NCBI RefSeq assembly: GCF_009914755.1
Contig: NC_060929.1
DNA from: the human T2T-CHM13v2.0 reference genome, Homo sapiens
DNA length: 64,000 bases
Strand: one strand, 5' to 3'
Positions 57,411-64,000 of the stretch are shown piece by piece (positions within the stretch are counted from its first letter, which is position 1; each line of letters begins with the position of its first letter). The notes under the pieces were generated by a model. It was not told where the DNA came from. It did no database searches and saw only the letters and a program-made list of their open reading frames with translations. The position numbers and the translations under genes were made by a program.

Positions 57411-60267
57411 TCAGTGTCCAGTGTTCTGCTCAGGACAGTGAGGATTACAGGAGAAAAGAGACAGAACTTGCTGCAACTGGGTATACAAACTCACTGATGA
57501 AAAAGCCAAGCACACAGTTTCTGGTTAAAACCCCAAAAATGCACATGTTAAATCCAAAATGAGTAGCACACTCAGTGCTATGCTGTTCAGGAAAGACAAA
57601 TTCATGAGTGCAAGAGTGTTTGGGAAAGCCTCTACGGAGGCACTCAGCATTGAGCCTTCAATAACAATCACTCCATTAAAAAGGGGGGTTTCAGGCATAG
57701 GATACGACAGTGGCAACATCTCAGAAAGGAAAGTGAGAAAAGAAGATGCTATGCAGTTGCCCCTCTTTGTAAAAATCAGCCATCTGGATCTTGCTGTATG
57801 GTTCATCGGTTCCCTCCAATGAGTCCTAAACAGAGAGGGACAAGGAGAGTGCATGAAACCTCACACAGTATAAATAACAGAGAGGGGTTGAGGTGCTCTG
57901 TTTGTGGACAGATATCCGTGGATGCCTTTAGGATTCTATTTAGCTGGGGAATCTGGTGGTTTCCCTCTGTTCCCTTGATCTTGTTATCTCATATAAATCT
58001 GTTAAAAGCATCTTCCCATATTTTAACTCACTTCTGACATCTAACCTTTGCACCAGATAATTGACATATTATGTTCAGTGTTTATGAAATTGTAAGGATC
58101 TTTTTAATTAAAGACTAAAAAGTGCTATAAAAATTGTGAGAAAAAAATTGGCCACATATACTAAGTTAACATGCATCAAGAAAAATTCATGGTATTCCTA
58201 TTCCATCCTTTGGAAAATAGATAAAAGGTAGCTTTATCTCTATTTCTTGTTATTCTCATTGCCAGTTGGTGATGAGGTACACCTGAAACTTCACATTTTG
58301 CTCATTACAGCTCCCAGAGGATAATCCCTCACATTCTCAGAATGTTCTTACTGAAACGGGATCAGGCACTTCTCCTCGATCTATCTTTGGCTCCTATTTT
58401 GAATAGCTTCAAGATATAGACTAAATGCTTTTTTCTTCTATTTCATGTTTTGTCATTGAGATATTTACAAAACCAGAGTTCTTAATTAGTTTAATGATTT
58501 TATGTTCATATATGACTTACTTATATTTTTTAAAATAGTTTTTGTTCTTAGTAAAATCATGTCATATTTTGTTTTGAATGAATATTAAGACATAAAAGTA
58601 ATGTGGTGGGAAAACAATAGAACATAATCAACTATTAAGCATACCACAATAAATAATGTGAACATAAAAGGACTACAGAAGTAATTTTATCTACAACAAG
58701 TCATAAATATCAACTAGGGTAAAGCTATCTGCAGGAATGATGTAGTAAAAATATATCTGACAAATTATTGAATAAGCAGTGCATATGAACTCTACTCTAG
58801 AATTCTGTTATAACAATTTGAAAGGATTTTCAAAAACCATTATGTATAATATATAATGAAAGTGAAGGCTCCTAAGTTTGTTTTGAAAAGCTTCTTGTCA
58901 TTTGCTTATTTCATCAGAAAAATCAGACAGCCATAAGATTTTCATAATGGGTTCCTTAATTGCACTTAATACGACTAACTATACACAGAAGACATATAAC
59001 ATCCATGTATTTATACCAAAAGTATCATGAAAACTGTAGTGTGCATTAAAATCATGCAGGGTCTACTTTTGTTTTGTAAAATTGTAGAAAAATTGTAAAT
59101 AGCAAGGGTGACCTCCAGTGTGCAATAGGTTTATGCCATTGCATTTTTTTTCAGTAACAGAAACTTCATTGGCCTATTCCAATTCTCTAAGAGTATTAAA
59201 GATAAGGAGAAAGGGAATTTTCTAGATTAAAATGGGTTTGTCAGTTCAAAGCAATTGCTTTGTTTTGTTTTTGGATTTTTGTTTTTTGGGTTTTTTTTTT
59301 GTTGTTGTTGTTCTTTTTGAAGCTTATGGTATTGCTTGGAACCTTAAAACATAAAAGAGCAGGGGGAAGAATCTGTGACTAATAAAAGTTAGAAAACTAT
59401 ATTTCTTATATATGGTCTTGTTCAAACCTACATTCATTAAAGCTTTGAAGAATAAGCTGAATTTATATTTTTAAAATGAAAATTCAAAAAGGACATTCTT
59501 TAAATGTCTCATACTGCCACGCAAATAGCAAAACTACCTGACATAATTTCTTTACAAAAATACTGACACTTACACCAAATAACAAACTAACACCACCAAA
59601 AAATCAAACTTAAAAAGCTTTTTAGAAAGTCTCTAAGATCAAAAGCTTTTCACTGTAGATAAAATTTCTTTTTATGAAAAGCTAATGGCTTGCCACATTG
59701 TATAATATAATTTCTATTTGTCTCTAATCTCAACACAATAAAACTATTCACACGAAAAGAAAAAGCATGATGCTCTCCTTACGAGCCAATCCAACATCAC
59801 TCACTTCATCTTTCACTCTGCAGATAATACAAATCATCTAAAACTACCAGGGAGTTTTTATTTGCAGATTTTGTTTTTATTTCTTTACGTGGTAAATAAC
59901 CTAAACTTTGGGGGAAATGAAGTTTCTTTTCAAAAGATTTTGTTAGTAAAACCTCAAGTTCTGCCTTAGCTAGCAAGACCACACAAAAGATCTAATTATA
60001 TGGGTGCCCACCAGAGCTCCAGAGCTCCTGCCTGTCAGAGTCAGTGTCACTCTCTCCATTAGGCACATCTACTTTCAAAGGTCTATGCTGTGGACGTTAA
60101 AAATTCGCTCCAGGCTGACTCTTGGCATAAAAGGTATAAGGCTGAGAATGAATTGCTTTTTATGAATATTCATAACAATCAGTGTGGACTTCTCAAGTTC
60201 TTACACAGGGAAAAGTATAAATAACTGCATGTGATATAGTTTGTTTATCCAGTTTATAATATACATG

Positions 60268-60290
60268 GTGTGTGTGTGTGTGTGTGTGTG
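60268..60290. repeat. (GT)11-12 microsatellite
   Basis: gtgtgtgtgtgtgtgtgtgtgtg, read directly. Confidence 0.92.
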
Positions 60291-63057
60291 CATAAAATGT
60301 TTGTTACTAATAGCATATAATTAATGAATTAATTTAAAATTCACATTGGTGATAATATGTTCTAATTTTAATAAATTATAGCTTATGAAATTCCCAAGTA
60401 TGAGATAATCTTAGAAACGAGTATTATTCCTTTGGACTTGTTATGATCTCTCATGTCAAGAGTCTGTGCGCTACCTGCTAAGAAATGCCTGAGCAGGCCC
60501 TGAAATGATGGACCCTAATGGCTCCAAAGGAGCCATTGTTGTCTATTGTGTCAATATTTTGCGTTCTAAAGATGATCCACAGAAGACTTCTTAAGCACGC
60601 TTTTGCATATCAGACAGCAATGATGACTCAATCTATTATGTCAATAATATGGTGTAAAAAAACTCATTCTCTTGAATTCACACAATTACAGTCATCGGCA
60701 TGTTTTGTCAATGATCTGCTTAGAACATTCTTTGAGCACCCTCAGAAGATAGCATCTTTCAAATTTAACTATATCTTTTCATTCTAAAAATTTGTTTTTC
60801 AATGTTATTTTAAATGTGGCAAATTAATACCATAAAAAGGTTTAGAGCAAACATTAAATTCACCGGGTCAAATTATTCTCACAAACTCCTCCTAAATCAA
60901 ATTAGATTCAAAGGGTCCCCCAAAACATTTTTGATAACTCTGTAAATAAAGAAAATATTCTTTACTTTCTTTCCTGAAGGACACGAATCAAAATTATCAA
61001 CACAGCTTGTAGATACCACAGGGGCTCAACATTGAAAATACATAAGTATACATTACATTCTACATTTTCTAATCAAAGGAGGAAAAATTAAGGTCTGGTA
61101 TCAGATTCTATGTTTATTTTCGAAGTTATATAATAAATATAAATTTTGGAACAAATGGCTTGTTAAAATGTATTAGGAGTCTACTTTGAGACATCAATCT
61201 TGGAATGTTCATTATATCTTTAAATACTGGTAATTATTAAGTGGTACTTAAGAACACAGAGGGTATCTGTAAAGCAATATGTGAGCAAGAAAAGGTGTGA
61301 TAATGTATTGAGTTAGAGTCCAATCCAACTGCTTTCAGAGCTACATCTTAAGACTAGGGAGAAGAGAGTAACTTTTACGGCTCGATATGAATAAATTGAC
61401 TTATCCTAGTTATTTGTTAAAAACCTGTACTGGCAAAATGCCAGCTATCTTCATGCACAAAGTTGAAGATCAAGAATTTTTTTTAAGTAGTGTCAAATGC
61501 CATACATTTAAAGCAGGAATTCTAATAAAATGTCTCCTTTTGTAATTTTATACAAATGGATTAAGTATCATCAAGAGTGGATACAGTGTTCTTTTTGTGT
61601 ATTGATTTTTACGAAATACTTTCTCAGATGTGTCAGACATGCCTAGATTTTTGAATAAGGGAGGTTTCTTTTTTTTTTTTGTATCTTGGCTCTGTTCTTA
61701 TAAAGCAATGTTTTGGCAAAGTCGGCAAGTTCCTTAAATGAAGATTATTTTCCCCCCTCCTGGGTATCAGGAGACCATTTTAATTCACTCACCAGCTAAA
61801 CTCTCAAAGGTACTGGTGTATATGGTAACATAGGAGCCAATATCCTAGCTATCAGTTTTCATACAGCCTAGCTGGACCTTTACCTTACGGCTGCCCCACA
61901 TTTATTGTTCTTTCATTGCATCTGTCAGCATTTCCTGACAGCGCATTATGGAGCACATGGCTACAAAGTCAGTATCAATCAGTCCACGATCATGCAGATA
62001 TAAGTAGCAGACTATTGATAATGGGCCTTAAATCAGATCATCATGGTTTAAACATAAGATTCTTAAAAGGCAGCTATCTCAGGGGAACTTCTACTTGCCT
62101 GCACCTGTTATAAACCCTGCAAGACAGTTTCTACTACCTACCACCTTCAACTTCTCTGAAGAAAAAAGAAGGATCTATTAAACACACATACACATATGCT
62201 GTAACACATTTCACCATGTACAATGAAGCATGAAAGCAAAGGTGGCAATTAATATAACTTTTTGCTCTATTCCTTCAAAAAATGTGCAGAAGCAATATAT
62301 CTCTCTCCTAACACTAATGAACCCAGACTACCAAGCCCCACATACACCTCACATGGATAACAGCAGTTTTGTTGTGCTTTGGAAATGTCTTACTTCAAAA
62401 GCATTTCAACTTGATGTGGCCATTTAACAAGAAAAGTGAGAGAATGCATGGAGTTTAGAGGTATGCTGCACCAAACTCAAGGCACCATGTTAAAAACAAA
62501 GGCATCTAATTTTTCCCAGACATAAATAATAAAACAAAACAGGAGTTGCATGCAAATTTAGTAACATAAAATTTAAGGTGATAAACAGAATGGAAGCTGG
62601 CTTCTTGTTTAGTATTCCTCAGTTATCACCATAATTGCTGCATGTCTGTCATCACTAGCAAAAGAAAAAAGTGTCTTTCTCAGCTGCTCCCCTGCTTGTT
62701 TTGTTCGCTGTATTCTTGTAAAGTGGGAGAAAATAAGTGTCATTTAATGAATAGTGCTATTCTTTGTCTGACAGCTTCATATCTGTTAGGTGTAGGAGGC
62801 CTACTACTTTCTTTTTCTGATAATGTTTTTGACAGTGTGCTAAATTCCTCCCCCAAAAGGCCGGCGTGTATATTCTGCTAAAAGGGGCTTCATCTCTCCT
62901 GAATGGGTGCCCTCTTTTAACCCCCTTCAGCTTCTGTTCTTACATTAATTGAGCTGATCAGATTGAGCATATGAATTTGTCTTTGATGTATTCGTATGTT
63001 TAGTTGACGTTGCTCTCTCTCTCATTGGCAGCGGACAGAGCTCTCAGACAAATAGGA

Positions 63058-63075
63058 CTGTTGCCATGGTAACAG
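63058..63075. promoter_or_regulatory. RFX X-box motif
   Basis: gttgccatggtaac (63060-63073) matches the RFX consensus GTTGCCATGGNAAC. It extends to an 18-bp near-palindrome ctgttgccatggtaacag in repeat-free DNA. Confidence 0.7.
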
Positions 63076-64000
63076 GCAATAGCTAGGGATCTCTTGAAAA
63101 ATATTTTTATTTCAAAATTCAAACTGGAAAATTCTCACTGGATATGGTTCTCAGTTCTAAACGTGTCATATCTAATGATGAATGCAATTAGGAATCCCAC
63201 CAGTGTTTTAAATAATAAATTAGCCTAATTTTCTAGGCCTGGCATGATGACATACAAATACTAAAAAGGCGTCTTCTTTTTTAAAATCCATGACAAAGGA
63301 CTTATTAATGACTTTTGTTCTTAGGATTTCAAATTAAAATGGATGGTAGGCTAATGATAGCGCTTTCTATCTGCTGAAAATCAGAGGCCTAGAGGTAAAC
63401 TTATTATTTTTTTTAAGAAACCACTTCAAGCTGCTGTAATATTTGGTTATTTCATTTTTTAAAAAGCGGGTGTAGAAATCCTTCTATAAATGTTGAATGC
63501 TATAGCAGTTGGTAAATCTCAGTGGATAAAAAATGCCCATAGCCATTTTTAATTACTGAGCATGAGAAAAAGGGATGGATGGTGAGCCTAAGTTTTATAG
63601 TCCACTATCATCTTACAATAGCTTTCAAATTCTTAGTATGTTAGTCGAAATACAAGGAAAAAATAAAAATAAGTACTTCATTATGTGACATAAATTGTAG
63701 TTATTTTTAAAACTTAATTTATTCATGACTATACAATTCCAGTTATATTAATTATTATTTCCCCCAGTCATACCATGTGGGGCTTAGAGAACAATGAAAA
63801 TTACTGTACAGTTTGATAGCTTCAAGGATCTGCCATAATGTGTAATCGCATTACAAAGAGGGCTACTAGAAACAAACCAAATTTTTCTATTCCTTAAACT
63901 TTGTTTTTAGCATTGTTCAGCTCTTTGTATCTGTTGTTCACGGTGTTATGTGTCAGAATGCAGAACTTAACTTTTTGATATTAACTGGCAAGGGTGCTAC

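Noticed and set aside
63020-63045. REST/RE1 site at gcggacagagct
   Set aside because: Only a partial right half-site is present and the left half TCAGCACC is absent.

Overview
This is AT-rich primate (very probably human) non-coding DNA, either deep intronic or intergenic. I find no credible host protein-coding exon, RNA gene, CpG island or CRISPR array. The ORFs in the track are either L1/Alu-derived reading frames or chance ORFs. The window holds a full-length but dead L1PA7-like LINE-1 (38190-44907, minus) inserted in an Arthur1-like hAT-Tip100 fossil, a TSD-bounded and heavily rearranged L1MA3-like copy (17247-20576) and a 5'-truncated L1PA8-like copy. It also has about 12 Alus, a near-complete Charlie1a transposon, MADE2/MER5A/MER20 MITEs, an ancient tRNA-Ile-derived MamSINE1, MLT1-type LTR pieces and many L2/MIR remnants. 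Several repeat-free blocks carry dense transcription-factor motifs, including a near-perfect RFX X-box at 63060, and look like developmental enhancers. I cannot support a new biological system from this sequence. The best leads are an older sequence captured inside a younger L1, a candidate exon downstream of the L1 antisense promoter, unexpectedly identical CCAAT blocks in two ancient LTRs, fold-back/template-switch scars and the enhancer-like blocks. Repeat subfamily names come from recalled consensus sequences and need RepeatMasker/Dfam confirmation. Ends of old repeats are approximate.
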